Positions 30,806 to 41,399 of a DNA stretch of 64,000 nt are shown piece by piece. This DNA is from Microcoleaceae cyanobacterium (GTDB taxonomy: Bacteria; Cyanobacteriota; Cyanobacteriia; Cyanobacteriales; Microcoleaceae), in the NCBI GenBank assembly GCA_051652765.1, contig JBOFUV010000071.1, positions 1-64,000 of the forward strand, written 5' to 3'. The position numbers were made by a program, and so were the translations under genes. The notes under the pieces were generated by a model. It was given only the letters and a program-made list of their open reading frames with translations, was not told the DNA's origin and did not search any database. How positions within the stretch are numbered: position 1 is the stretch's first letter; every line of letters starts with the position of its first letter.

Positions 30806-32167
30806 CTAAGGATCTCCTGTCTGATCCAACATCACTTGCTCGACAAATTTGGTGTGAATCTCACCCCTAAGGAATTCAGGCATCTCAAGTAGTCTTTGAT
30901 GAAAGCTAATGGTTGTAGGAATGCCCGTGATGGCAAATTCACGTAACGATCGTTTGGTGCGGGCGATCGCGCTTTCTCGGTTTGCTCCCCAGACAATCAA
31001 CTTCCCGATCAAAGAGTCATAGTAGGGAGGAATTTCATAGTCTGTATAGACGTGGGAATCAATCCGGACTCCTGGGCCGCCGGGTGGGAGATAACCACTG
31101 ATGCGCCCTGGTTGAGGTCGAAAATTGCGATCTGGATCTTCGGCATTGATCCGACATTCAATTGCATGACCCACCAACTTTACCTGATCCTGGGTGAGAG
31201 ACAACTTCTCACCTTGGGCAATGCGGATTTGTTCAGCAATCAGATCGAGCCCTGTGATCGCCTCTGTGACAGGATGTTCGACCTGGATGCGGGTATTCAT
31301 CTCCATGAAATAAAAATGACCCGTCCGATCCAGTAAAAATTCCACAGTTCCAGCGCCCGTATAGTTGATCGATTGGGCCGCTTTGACCGCAGCAGCTCCC
31401 ATTTTTGCTCGGAGATCGGCATCTAGGGCTGGACTGGGAGCCTCTTCCAACAGCTTTTGGTGGCGGCGTTGGACTGAACAATCCCGCTCTCCCAAATGGA
31501 TCGTATTGCCATAGTGATCCGCCAGAATCTGAAACTCAATATGGCGAGGCTGTTCAATAAATTTTTCTAAATAAACTCCAGAGTTCCCAAAGGCTGCTTC
31601 TGCTTCTCCCTGAGCTGCGGCGAATAGCTTTGGCAGGTCACCTTGTTGTTTGACAAGGCGCATGCCTCGACCACCTCCGCCTGCGGTAGCTTTAACAATC
31701 ACAGGATAACCAATCTGCTGAGCTAGCTTCAGGGCTTCCTGTTCATTCGTGACTAGTCCTTGACTGCCCGGAATGGTTGGAACTCCTACCCGTTGCATGG
31801 TTTCCCGAGCCGTGGATTTATCCCCCATCGATTGAATTGCTTCAGGAGTGGGGCCAATAAAAATGATGCTGTGATCGGCGCAGATCGAGGCGAAGCGGGC
31901 ATTCTCTGCTAAAAATCCGTAGCCGGGATGAATCGCCGTCGCGTTACGGGTCAGAGCAGCAGAGATAATATTGGGAATATTGAGGTAACTTTTGCTACTG
32001 CTGGGCTCCCCAATACAAACTGCCTCATCTGCTAGCTGCACATGCAGAGCATGACGGTCAATAGTAGAGTGAACGGCAACGGTTGAAATCCCCAATTCTT
32101 CACAGGTGCGGAGAATTCGAAGGGCAATTTCTCCACGATTTGCAATAAGGATTTTTGAAAACTGCAT
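30806..32167 (-). CDS. accC: acetyl-CoA carboxylase biotin carboxylase subunit
   Basis: [36 protein letters not shown]. Confidence 0.97.
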   Translation of the reverse strand: MQFSKILIANRGEIALRILRTCEELGISTVAVHSTIDRHALHVQLADEAVCIGEPSSSKSYLNIPNIISAALTRNATAIHPGYGFLAENARFASICADHSIIFIGPTPEAIQSMGDKSTARETMQRVGVPTIPGSQGLVTNEQEALKLAQQIGYPVIVKATAGGGGRGMRLVKQQGDLPKLFAAAQGEAEAAFGNSGVYLEKFIEQPRHIEFQILADHYGNTIHLGERDCSVQRRHQKLLEEAPSPALDADLRAKMGAAAVKAAQSINYTGAGTVEFLLDRTGHFYFMEMNTRIQVEHPVTEAITGLDLIAEQIRIAQGEKLSLTQDQVKLVGHAIECRINAEDPDRNFRPQPGRISGYLPPGGPGVRIDSHVYTDYEIPPYYDSLIGKLIVWGANRESAIARTKRSLREFAITGIPTTISFHQRLLEMPEFLRGEIHTKFVEQVMLDQTGDP

Positions 32168-32369
32168 GTTTCTGGCCACTCAATCCCAATTCAGTAAGGA
32201 TAAACCGTTTTGACCCATAGGGAAAGAGGAAATGCAAAGAAGGCTGTAATTATTTGTATGATTCTATTGACTTTAGTGTTATGATTTTAATTTGGGAATG
32301 AATTATTCAGAGAAGATAGAGTAAGCTTAGCTTCTCAATCTCCTCTGAAGTTTTAATTGAATTTCCCGA

Positions 32370-32451
32370 GCGGATGTGGCGGAATTGGTATACGCGCACG
32401 CTTGAGGTGCGTGTGGCTTTAGCCTTGCGAGTTCGAGTCTCGCCATCCGCA
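32370..32451 (+). tRNA. trnL: tRNA-Leu(GAG)
   Basis: GCGGATG/CATCCGC acceptor stem, CACGC-TT GAG GT-GCGTG anticodon arm, long variable arm, GTTCGAG T-loop. Confidence 0.95.
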
Positions 32452-32498
32452 TTATTTTCGTTCAGTCGTTGATTAGATCATCCCTAGTGAGATCATCT

Positions 32499-34397
32499 TC
32501 AAATAATTGAGAACTGGCTTGCCGTCAAGGTGGGTCTGTTCTCAAGGCTCGCTAGGTTAACAGCGGGTTGGCTGCCTGTCCCATCTGGATCAAAGCTCAA
32601 GACTCCGCTGGCTGAGTTGTATAAAAAATTGGCACTGTTTCCTACGGGTGAGGCAACTGCACTACTCACAAAGGTTCCAGTTGCTGAAGCTGATGAACTC
32701 AAGGCTGTTCCGGCAACCAAGCCACCGCCAAAACCCGTGGCAGAAATCAAAAAGGTATCGCCTTGAGCTGGGGTAAAGTCAGAGATGGAATCCCGGCCTT
32801 GGGTTGGAGCAGCGTAGATGAAGCCATCTCCCCCAGCTCCGCCAGTGATGGTATCGCTTCCTGCTTCTCCCTGGAGCGCATTCGCGGCGGTGTTACCAAA
32901 CAAGACATCGTTACCGCTGGTGCCGATGGCATTGTTCGGATCGCTGAGGGGCTGGGTTGTTCCGAGTTGGGGCAATAGAGCATTAAGCCAGAACTGGGCA
33001 ATTTTTTCATAACCCGCTACCGTAGGGTGAATTCCGGCATCTAGAGGTGGAGCGGTGATGTCTTCTACGGTTAATCCATTCGGGACAGCGATCATCTCTA
33101 CGAAGGTAATATTGGCTCCTTGCTGGGCATACTGATCAACAAGACCAGGGAGTTGAGCATTAAAGGCTTCCGCATTGAGAATTCGTTCCTCAAATCGACC
33201 ATCCGGTCGAATCGGCGGAATGGTTGACACCAAGAGTTCCCCTGCAAAGCTATTACCATTCAGGATGCTATCCAGGAGATTATCCATTTGGGTAATCATC
33301 CGCTCTGGTGTCCCACTCGCACTGTTTGTCCCGATTAGGAGCAAAATCACATCTGGATTAAAGGTTGGAATCCAGTTGTCAACCCCACTATTGGGAACGT
33401 TATTGCTGCCGCTGTCAATTTGAGTAATGGTGAAGCCCGGATTGCCTTGGTGATCCCGATCGGGAAGATTGTTTGTCCCGTTTGAATTAGACCCAACAAA
33501 ATCTACCGTTAAACCAAAGCTGGTTAAGCGATTGTAGAGCCCAAGGCGATATCCCTCTTCATCAGCTTCTGGCGTTTCAGTATCGACAACGCCTTGAGTA
33601 ATCGAATCTCCCAGGGGCATGATCTGAATCGCATCTGTTAGGTTGGGGATGAACGTAAAACCCTGATCCAGCCGAATAATAGCCCCTTGCCCCGGCGTGG
33701 GAGTGGGTGTTGGAGTAGGAGTTGGGGTTGGGGTTGGGGTTGGGGTGGGTGATGTCAATTGACCAAAGTCAGCTTCAGTAATGGCAGCAGGTTGAATCCC
33801 ATTCAGGACAGCGAGTTCCTCTGAACCCACGGTAATTACGGCTTGATTGGCTCCTCGGGGAAGAATCTGAAGATTGCTGAAACTTAGTCCAGTTGGGAGC
33901 AACATTCGATCGGTGCCATCCTCAAAGTCAGAGATGAAATCGGTCGATAACCCGCTCTGAGGCAGCACAAACAAATCGGCCCCTTCACCCCCTGTTACAA
34001 CATCAATACCGTCGTCCCCAGATACAACATCATTGCCAAAATCGCCAAATAGAATGTCCCCGTCTTGACCTCCGAATAGCCGATCATCGCCATTCCCAGC
34101 CCGCAGGAGGTCTGTGCCAATATTGCCAAACAAAAAGTCACTGTCCGCTTGACCGTCTAGAGTATCGCTATCTCTACCCCCGAATAACGTGTCAAACCCT
34201 GCAGCCCCAGCCAGTTGATCTACACCTTGATTGCCATTAATTTGTTCGCTGTCCGTTGAACCTGAAACGGTGTCGTTCCCGCCCAACATCAAAACCCCCA
34301 AGGGAAAGCCAACAAGCTGTCCAGGGGTTAAAGTCGCAAATTCTGAGGTGTCATCTCCTAGCCACGCTCCGAGTACACTGTTCGGCACTAATACCAT
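32499..34397 (-). CDS. secreted RTX-repeat protein with SGNH/GDSL hydrolase domain and (PT)n linker
   Basis: GGxDxD repeats, PTPTPT linker, PLGDSIT, LIGTNS, DAGIHP, C-terminal RTX tail. Confidence 0.85.
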   Translation of the reverse strand: MVLVPNSVLGAWLGDDTSEFATLTPGQLVGFPLGVLMLGGNDTVSGSTDSEQINGNQGVDQLAGAAGFDTLFGGRDSDTLDGQADSDFLFGNIGTDLLRAGNGDDRLFGGQDGDILFGDFGNDVVSGDDGIDVVTGGEGADLFVLPQSGLSTDFISDFEDGTDRMLLPTGLSFSNLQILPRGANQAVITVGSEELAVLNGIQPAAITEADFGQLTSPTPTPTPTPTPTPTPTPTPGQGAIIRLDQGFTFIPNLTDAIQIMPLGDSITQGVVDTETPEADEEGYRLGLYNRLTSFGLTVDFVGSNSNGTNNLPDRDHQGNPGFTITQIDSGSNNVPNSGVDNWIPTFNPDVILLLIGTNSASGTPERMITQMDNLLDSILNGNSFAGELLVSTIPPIRPDGRFEERILNAEAFNAQLPGLVDQYAQQGANITFVEMIAVPNGLTVEDITAPPLDAGIHPTVAGYEKIAQFWLNALLPQLGTTQPLSDPNNAIGTSGNDVLFGNTAANALQGEAGSDTITGGAGGDGFIYAAPTQGRDSISDFTPAQGDTFLISATGFGGGLVAGTALSSSASATGTFVSSAVASPVGNSANFLYNSASGVLSFDPDGTGSQPAVNLASLENRPTLTASQFSII

Positions 34398-34713
34398 CGT
34401 GATTTTCTCCATTAAAAACCGCAACTCGGGCTCGATGGTAACGATCTCCCCCGGATTGCAGGCAAAATTTTTGGTGTTTTTCTCCCTCCAAGTCTAACAT
34501 TCAGCCTAAAGCAGGTTTATCCGCCTGCATCTCACCTTGTTGCTTCACGTCTCGGACTTTGACTCACCCGTTGATGGTTGAACCAAAGTCCCTCAGCATT
34601 TCAAATAGCGTTTAAGATAATAAACTTCATCAAAAATCTCGAAGTTTATAGCGTAGTTCTCTAACTGGAAATTTATAAGACTTATAGGTTGTTCAGCATT
34701 AACTTATACTCAC

Positions 34714-34749
34714 ATTCAAATTAGATTGCTACAGAAATCTAATTTGAAT
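34714..34749. repeat. perfect 14-8-14 inverted repeat
   Basis: ATTCAAATTAGATT-gctacaga-AATCTAATTTGAAT. Confidence 0.85.
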
Positions 34750-34964
34750 CGTGGACGTTAGATCGGGATTTTATCTGAGCAAGCTAAAGTCTGCACGAAC
34801 TTTCATCAACTATGAACTTTCACAAAGAACTTTCACAAACCATTTGGGATTTCTGTAGAGGATTACTATGGTTTTGTAAAATTTTGCAGAATTGTTCCAG
34901 CCAACCCCTTATACTAAAAGTCTGTTAACATTAGCTAACCTTTCAGGCTGCGTTTCTTCAGTCT

Positions 34965-36782
34965 TTGTCTCTACATATCTTTGGTTTTGAGCTAATCACT
35001 AGTTGCAGCACGATTGGGATGTGCTTGCTTGGGCGTTGTTCAGTTAGGCTGCGTCCAGTTAAACTGCGTTCAGTTAAACATTATTCAATTCTCGGGTCGC
35101 TGTTTTCATTGATTCCAGCTTTCATCCTTGGTTCTTCCCCTAGTCTAGCCCAGCCGCCGTTGCCCAATGTTCCACAGCCTTTATCGCCTCAACCCTCAAT
35201 TCCAGAGCTTCAACTTCCCCAACCTCTGCCTGTTCCCGAAGAACTCCTCCCTGCTCCAAACCCTGTTCTGATACCGGATGAAGATACCCTGCCAGGGTCA
35301 GAAACGATTACGGTACAACGCTTTAGGTTTACGGGCAATACTGCATTTAGTCAGGCAGAGTTAGGCAAAGTCACTGAACCTTTTGTAGGACGACCCATCA
35401 GTTTTGCAGAACTGTTGCAAGCTCGCTCGGCAATTACTGATTTTTATGTTCAGAACGGCTACATTACTTCTGGGGCCTTGATTCCACCCCAGACCTTCCA
35501 AGACGGAGCGGTTACCATTCAAGTGGTTGAAGGAGAAGTTGCAGAAATCAACGTCACGACGACAGGTCGCCTCAACCCCAACTATGTGCGCCAACGGTTA
35601 GCCCTGGCAACGGCCCAGCCCTTGAACTACAACCGACTCTTGGAAGCATTGCAACTGCTGCAACTCAACCCTTTGATCGAAACGATTTCTGCCGAATTAT
35701 CAACTGGAGTGAATCCGGGAGAGAGTATTCTGAATGTTAGATTTGAAACGGCAGACACCTTTCGGTTAGGACTATTTGCTGACAATACTCGCCCCCCGAG
35801 CGTCGGTACTTTTCGCCGAGGCATTGAGATCGCAGAATCCAATTTATTCGGTCAAGGGGATGGCCTGCACTTGACCTACAGCAACACGGACGGCAGTAAT
35901 ACGGTGGATGCTCTGTACCTGTTTCCAATCAATGCCCGCAACGGAGCCATTGAATTTTACGTTAACTACACCGATAGTCAGGTGGTGGAGCCGCCTTTCG
36001 AGGATCTGGAGATTGAGGCCAATAGTCGGACGTATGAAATCCGTTATCGTCAACCGATATTTCAGACTCCCACAGAAGAACTGGCCCTGGGAATTGTCCT
36101 GGCCCGTCGTGAAAGTGATACTGCAATTGCCGGAGTGAATGCGCCGCTCTCCAGAGGGGCAGATGCAGAAGGCAAAACTCGTCTTTCAATTGTCAGACTT
36201 TCCCAGGACTATGTGAATCGCACTGCCGCACAAGTCTTTGCGGTGCGATCGCAGTTTAGTTTTGGGGTTGGGCTGCTGGATGCTACCCTGAATGGCAATC
36301 AGCCAGATAGTGAGTATTTTGCGTGGAGAGGTCAAGCCCAATGGTTGCGAGCCCTGGCTCCAGACACCCTGTTGCTAGTGCGCTCGGATATCCAGCTTTC
36401 GACTGAAGAACTCGTTCCTTTAGAGCAAATTGGGCTGGGGGGATTTGAGACGGTTCGGGGATATCGCCAAGATTTGCTCCTGAGAGATAATGCCCTGTTT
36501 GCTTCAGCAGAGTTGCGCTATCCGATTCTGAAAACCTCTGACAACAAGAGTATTTTGCACCTGACTCCGTTTGTGGATTTTGGACAAGCCTGGAGCAACG
36601 ACAGTGACTTTGAACTGGAGCCTAGGACGTTGTTGTCCATGGGGTTGGGACTGCGGTGGCAATATACCGATCAACTGATCATTCGCGCTGATTGGGGAAT
36701 TCCACTCCTGGAGGTAGATGATCGCGATCGCACTCTCCAGGAGCAAGGGCTGTATTTTTCAGTCGAGTGGTGGCCCTTATGA
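34965..36782 (+). CDS. ShlB/FhaC/HecB two-partner secretion outer-membrane transporter (TpsB)
   Basis: POTRA (FTGNTAFS, YVQNGYITSGA), TVRGY motif, FVDFG, terminal beta-signal. True start probably further downstream. Confidence 0.9.
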   Translation: MSLHIFGFELITSCSTIGMCLLGRCSVRLRPVKLRSVKHYSILGSLFSLIPAFILGSSPSLAQPPLPNVPQPLSPQPSIPELQLPQPLPVPEELLPAPNPVLIPDEDTLPGSETITVQRFRFTGNTAFSQAELGKVTEPFVGRPISFAELLQARSAITDFYVQNGYITSGALIPPQTFQDGAVTIQVVEGEVAEINVTTTGRLNPNYVRQRLALATAQPLNYNRLLEALQLLQLNPLIETISAELSTGVNPGESILNVRFETADTFRLGLFADNTRPPSVGTFRRGIEIAESNLFGQGDGLHLTYSNTDGSNTVDALYLFPINARNGAIEFYVNYTDSQVVEPPFEDLEIEANSRTYEIRYRQPIFQTPTEELALGIVLARRESDTAIAGVNAPLSRGADAEGKTRLSIVRLSQDYVNRTAAQVFAVRSQFSFGVGLLDATLNGNQPDSEYFAWRGQAQWLRALAPDTLLLVRSDIQLSTEELVPLEQIGLGGFETVRGYRQDLLLRDNALFASAELRYPILKTSDNKSILHLTPFVDFGQAWSNDSDFELEPRTLLSMGLGLRWQYTDQLIIRADWGIPLLEVDDRDRTLQEQGLYFSVEWWPL

Positions 36783-36787
36783 ATCAG

Positions 36788-37117
36788 CTAGATATCATCT
36801 TGATCCAGAGCAGGGGAATTTTCAACCTCGGTAGGCATTCGGGTTTCCTCGTCTTGACTGCGAGTCATTAGATTTTCAGCCACAATTGCTTCCAAGTCTA
36901 GATCAACCGTATGGGCAATGTTGGCCAAAAACCAGAGGCAATCTGCCAAGTGTTGCTTGAATTTGTTGAGGTAAATATCCTCTAATACCTGCAATTTTTT
37001 GGCCTGAGTATTAATTTCTCGGGCCTCCTGTTCCAAGCCGATGGCACAGAGTTTGTAAAATTTGGTGGCAGCAATTTCTTGATGGGTTGCTTTATTCTGA
37101 TAATCTCTGAAGTCCAT
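36788..37117 (-). CDS. MazG-like nucleotide pyrophosphohydrolase domain protein (degenerate)
   Basis: MDFRDYQ, GLEQEARE, HLADCLWFLANIA...LDLEAIVAENL. Confidence 0.7.
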   Translation of the reverse strand: MDFRDYQNKATHQEIAATKFYKLCAIGLEQEAREINTQAKKLQVLEDIYLNKFKQHLADCLWFLANIAHTVDLDLEAIVAENLMTRSQDEETRMPTEVENSPALDQDDI

Positions 37118-37257
37118 CCGTTGATGCTCTCTGCGAAAAGTTCTGTTGGGTTAACTGTATTGAATTGCCTGTGTTGAATGACTTCAAGCTAGGTTCTTGA
37201 TTATACGATCTGAAGTTGATCAATGAACTCAACCCTGACATTTGGGACTCAATCTCT

Positions 37258-37322
37258 GGGAGTTAACGCTTGGGAGTTAACGCTCAGGAGTTAACGCTTA
37301 GGAGTTAACGCTTGGGAGTTAA
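37258..37322. repeat. 14-bp tandem repeat x4.6
   Basis: (G/A)GGAGTTAACGCT(T/C); the last copy overlaps the stop codon of ORF 37319-37948. Confidence 0.9.
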
Positions 37323-37948
37323 TTCCTAGGAAGTCCACAGGAAACTGGTGTACCGTTCAGAGCCCGTAATGAACAGATGGTTGCCTCAGCTCGATTTCGT
37401 CTCACTTGTTCATCTGTGATGGGTGTTGACTGTCTAAAAAACCGTCGCTGAGGACGGCTTGGACGGTAACTATCATCAAAACAGGCCATTCCTCCTTTGT
37501 GCTGTGTATAGCACTCGAACTGTTCTGGAGAAGGAATCAGAATTGCTGTGTTAGAACCGGGCCTGACCTCTGACAGGGATCGGATAATCTCCGGTCTGGC
37601 ATTCTCGATCTCACCTCTAGGCCCTTCTTCCCCTGGATTTGTTGCCCGTGATTCAGGGGTGCTTTCGCGATTCTGAGGTCGCGGGGTGGAGGACGGAAAT
37701 TCTGGGAGCCGCCTGAATAGAGAGTCCTGCTCCGGCTGAGGACTTTGTGAAGAACCCGGGCGATTATCCTGCAAATCAAGGGTTGGACTTGAATTCAGCA
37801 AATAAAACGCAGTACTTCCCAAAAGCAGCAATCCTGAAGCAACTGCTAGAGGTTTAGCCACAATTGCTCCGTCCCGTTGCCAAGTTCTAGACCTTAATGA
37901 ATCTGGCTGAATTGGTTTCTTACTCATAATGACTGAATTATTGATCAA
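37319..37948 (-). CDS. hypothetical membrane-anchored protein
   Basis: Single TM, disordered linker, four C-terminal Cys. Confidence 0.6.
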   Translation of the reverse strand: MINNSVIMSKKPIQPDSLRSRTWQRDGAIVAKPLAVASGLLLLGSTAFYLLNSSPTLDLQDNRPGSSQSPQPEQDSLFRRLPEFPSSTPRPQNRESTPESRATNPGEEGPRGEIENARPEIIRSLSEVRPGSNTAILIPSPEQFECYTQHKGGMACFDDSYRPSRPQRRFFRQSTPITDEQVRRNRAEATICSLRALNGTPVSCGLPRN

Positions 37949-37970
37949 TGAATAAATAAACGAATACGAG

Positions 37971-38085
37971 ATATAGCAATTTCAAATGATCCATGAAATA
38001 GGGTAAAGAGCCGTTACCCCGGCTTGAGAATCTTGTCCTCAAACCCCTTGTTCATTTTTTGATGATTGATTTAGGATGGCCATAT
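37971..38085. mobile_element. MITE-like element, copy 2
   Basis: ATATAGCAATTTCAAATGATCCATGA ... GATGATTGATTTAGGATGGCCATAT; ends homologous to copy 1. Confidence 0.6.
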
Positions 38086-38158
38086 CTAAAGGATTGACTT
38101 TATTATTGACGTTCTCCCAGGTGATGTCTACCAATCATTTAAATTCATTTAAGTTCAT

Positions 38159-38656
38159 TTAAATAACTTGACTAATATTCTGGGCCATCACACTTCCCCT
38201 CTCACACTCCTGCTTTGTCACCTGATGACGGTAACGGAACATGTCCTCTAGGCGCTGCTGGGCCCACCATCCGAGCAGTTGTTCAATCACCCATCCCCCT
38301 GGAATTGAGAACGCGATCGCATCAGTCAGCCGAGTTTGACTTTCTCCTTGTGAATCCTGTTCTGCTGAGAATTGATGACGATGAGTCCAACTCTCCAGTG
38401 GCCCTTCTCGCTGTTCATCTGTAAATAAATAAGGGCGATCGCACTCTGTGTGTATTGCCAACCAGGGCACTGGAACTGGGCCTAGCATAATCCGAAATTC
38501 TGTCATTGCGCCGACATCTAAACCTCCTTCCCGGCGCACCACCTCTACAGGTTGCCAAGGCGGGGTTAACAGATGCAAAATATCAGGCCGTTCATGAAAT
38601 TGCCAAACGGTTTCAATCGGAGTATTGATTAACGAAGAGTACTGGAAATAGAGCAT
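38159..38656 (-). CDS. SRPBCC/cyclase family protein
   Basis: LTPPW, FTDEQREGP, WTHRHQF, MFRYRH. Confidence 0.85.
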   Translation of the reverse strand: MLYFQYSSLINTPIETVWQFHERPDILHLLTPPWQPVEVVRREGGLDVGAMTEFRIMLGPVPVPWLAIHTECDRPYLFTDEQREGPLESWTHRHQFSAEQDSQGESQTRLTDAIAFSIPGGWVIEQLLGWWAQQRLEDMFRYRHQVTKQECERGSVMAQNISQVI

Positions 38657-38714
38657 GGCAGGACTTAGCTTGTACTAACAATTTGTACTAATCATTCACG
38701 CTAATGCACACTTT

Positions 38715-39716
38715 CTAAGATCGATAAGGCGACTGACAACCAATGGTAATCTCTTGGATTTGAGGGTAACTCTGCAAGAGTTGCAGAAATAACGATTGAT
38801 CAAAGCTACGGGGATCAGCTCGTTGTCCAGAGCGGTCAACAGCTTTATGGGTTGTGATCCGATCCATTGGCACTCCAGTCCGAGAAACAATCCAAGCTAA
38901 AGAGCGATACTGTTCTGAGGTATATCCACTGTGAGATGGGCCATTTTTATAGCCATCGGGGGGACTCTCCAGGGAAACGTGATAGGCAAAATTATTTACA
39001 GATGGCGGATGTTTGGGATCGGTTTGAACGGTTTCTGATCCTGTTGGCCCTGCAAACACCGAGTTACCGGCCCCAAATGCTCTCAAGTCGGGCGGAACGG
39101 TGTAAACAACGTCTCCCGTACGAGTGATTAACGTGTGATAGCTTGCCTGCTCCTCTTCGGAGGTATGGTAGGTTTGAAAGAACTGAATTGTGCTTTGGGC
39201 GCTAGCTGCCGTTTCATGAATCACAATAATAGGATAGTTACTGGTTGGTTTGCCCTTTAAATCGTAGAGATAGCGTTGACCATAGTTGGTTCGATTGGCG
39301 ATCGCTTGGTATTCAGGCGGATCATCCGTGGATTGAGCAACCGCCCGAGCATCTTGCCAGTTCTCAGGTCGCCGAAATCGGTACAGGGAGGCAGGAGATT
39401 CAATTTCAGGGCCAAGTTCAATAGCCGCATTTTTTTGAGGACTGGGCTTGATGCCACAAGTTGCCACACTGCCTACATTTTTACTGGCTGGATCAGAATC
39501 AGTCACTTCTTGATTCATAGCTTTTGCCTGATCTGCAGTTTCTTGAATCCCAGAATCTGGGTCAACAACCTCGATAGGCTCAGGAGAAAGGGTGGAAAAC
39601 CCTTGAATATTGATTGAACCAGAAGCCTCTAGCTTGGAAACATCCAGCTTAATTGTAAAAATCAGGGTTACCAAACTCAAGGCCAAAAGCACTAGGGTTG
39701 TAAGCTTCAGTTTCAT
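38715..39716 (-). CDS. N-acetylmuramoyl-L-alanine amidase (Amidase_2)
   Basis: IVIHET, ASYH, ITTHKAVD..ADP Zn ligands; signal peptide. Confidence 0.85.
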   Translation of the reverse strand: MKLKLTTLVLLALSLVTLIFTIKLDVSKLEASGSINIQGFSTLSPEPIEVVDPDSGIQETADQAKAMNQEVTDSDPASKNVGSVATCGIKPSPQKNAAIELGPEIESPASLYRFRRPENWQDARAVAQSTDDPPEYQAIANRTNYGQRYLYDLKGKPTSNYPIIVIHETAASAQSTIQFFQTYHTSEEEQASYHTLITRTGDVVYTVPPDLRAFGAGNSVFAGPTGSETVQTDPKHPPSVNNFAYHVSLESPPDGYKNGPSHSGYTSEQYRSLAWIVSRTGVPMDRITTHKAVDRSGQRADPRSFDQSLFLQLLQSYPQIQEITIGCQSPYRS

Positions 39717-39836
39717 GAACAGGCAAAGCCAAGGTAAGATTGCTTCACCCTAGTATATCCAATGCTGCTCTGAAAGCTCAGACGGGATTGATCAGGATTG
39801 CTCAGTCTTGAGGGTTGGGCCGTTGGGTGTGAGAGG

Positions 39837-40196
39837 TTAGGAATCGGATGTTGGGGGCAAACCGATACAGTAGTACAAATTCATCACCGCTTCAAAGGCC
39901 CAATCTGTCGGCAGAACATCCGCAAAAGGAATGGGCAATAAATCGTAGCGCCTCTCTCTACAGGCTGCTCGGAGTTCTGCTTCAGTCAGTTGTAGATTGA
40001 GTTGGGGACTTGGTTGGAGATTGGATTCAGGTCGAGGACTCCCCTGTTCTGGGGTCTGACCTAGAACGACCAGAAGATCCGACCGTTGAGCTTCGGATTG
40101 AGCCACTTTAGCCACTGTGTAATCTAAAGTCAGGATTGTTAGAACCAGGACGGCTAAAGTACAACATTCACGTTGTTTCAATCCAATTTGCTTCAT
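39837..40196 (-). CDS. small exported protein with a single SLH-like motif
   Basis: PFADVLPTDWAFEAVMNL. Confidence 0.65.
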   Translation of the reverse strand: MKQIGLKQRECCTLAVLVLTILTLDYTVAKVAQSEAQRSDLLVVLGQTPEQGSPRPESNLQPSPQLNLQLTEAELRAACRERRYDLLPIPFADVLPTDWAFEAVMNLYYCIGLPPTSDS

Positions 40197-40226
40197 GACG
40201 TTATGGTGGTTGTAGACGTTATGGTT

Positions 40227-41189
40227 CTAGCAGTGAGCAATAGAAACCGGATGAACCGATTGAGGCAGAGATAATTCTGAACCCTGAGGACAGAAGTCGG
40301 AAATTTGGCAGATGTTTGTTAGCGTCACTTCTGGCTTATCGCGGTACATCACAACGCGACCACTAATGTAGACATACCCTCGTCCCAAACCCGAGTAGCG
40401 CCGTTGAATCAGATGAACCAAGGGAGCATTTTTTTCGAGCTTGGCTTCTGGAATCCACAGCTTGACAATATGATCCTTTGAACCAGTATGAATCAGAGCA
40501 CCACTGCCAATCCACTTGGTCACACCATCCTGTAAATCACAGAAAATCGTCACCCATTTTCCCTGAGCCGCTGCACTCAAAATCTGAGGATAGTCTAACC
40601 GTACCGACAACACCCCGACTGGAATGCCATTGATGCGGTAGTCTTGAGTGATAGAGTCCCGCAACGACCACCAAGGCATCAACAGATCATAGTTTCGACC
40701 CATGCCATTGTGATGATTATCTGGATGCCAGATCACTTTGTGATGGGCCTGAGCTTCAGCCTCTGCGTTCATCATTTGTTGATGATATTCCTGCGATCGC
40801 CCATATTTAATAAAGTAAGGGCTCCATCCTTCTCGAACCAATTTTAAATTGTAGTTTTCAAAGTTGCAGTTTTCGTCTGCTTTATGGACATAACAAATTA
40901 AGCGACCATGTCCATCGCGATATTTCTCCAGGCAGACTTCAACGGACTCATTGCCATCAAACTCAAGGTCAACCTGAACTAGTTCATCTTCTGAAGCCGA
41001 AAAATACTGCTTGGCCATCTCCGTCGCCGCAATTCCAGCTTCTGTAACAGGCTTTGTTCCATTCGGAAAAGATTCTTCAGTATCGACACAGTGTAACCTC
41101 AAGAACTCTCGCTGATTATTCAACAAAACCTTGATTGTATCCCCGTCCACAACTCTTGTAACTTGGAGATTTTTAATCCGAGTTCCCAC
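40227..41189 (-). CDS. thermonuclease (SNase-like) family protein
   Basis: VTRVVDGDTI, RLHCVDTEE, DGHGRLICYV, NLKLVREG. GTG start inferred. Confidence 0.85.
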   Translation of the reverse strand: MGTRIKNLQVTRVVDGDTIKVLLNNQREFLRLHCVDTEESFPNGTKPVTEAGIAATEMAKQYFSASEDELVQVDLEFDGNESVEVCLEKYRDGHGRLICYVHKADENCNFENYNLKLVREGWSPYFIKYGRSQEYHQQMMNAEAEAQAHHKVIWHPDNHHNGMGRNYDLLMPWWSLRDSITQDYRINGIPVGVLSVRLDYPQILSAAAQGKWVTIFCDLQDGVTKWIGSGALIHTGSKDHIVKLWIPEAKLEKNAPLVHLIQRRYSGLGRGYVYISGRVVMYRDKPEVTLTNICQISDFCPQGSELSLPQSVHPVSIAHC

Positions 41190-41399
41190 AGTATTGACCC
41201 AGTTCAAACTGAACAATAAAAGTGAGTTTATAGTAGCACACACCTTCAAAAAAACTGTGTAAGTATTGATTTCGCTCCAAAAAAGTTGTGAGTCTTAAAA
41301 AAAATTGAGGTTTCGTAATGAATCACTTTAAAACATAATTTTGAGTAGGCAAAGTGCGGGGTGATTATCCTACTGTTTCTATGCTGAAGTCAGCTCTCC

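Noticed and set aside
33696..33750. GGGGTT DNA repeat
   Set aside because: It simply encodes the (PT)n linker of the RTX-SGNH protein.
37258..37322. Possible CRISPR array (also 49262-49323)
   Set aside because: Units are 14 bp, contiguous and have no unique spacers; no cas genes are present.
32370..38100. Genomic island integrated at tRNA-Leu
   Set aside because: No integrase, no repeat of the tRNA 3' end seen, and HIP1 sites persist in the region.
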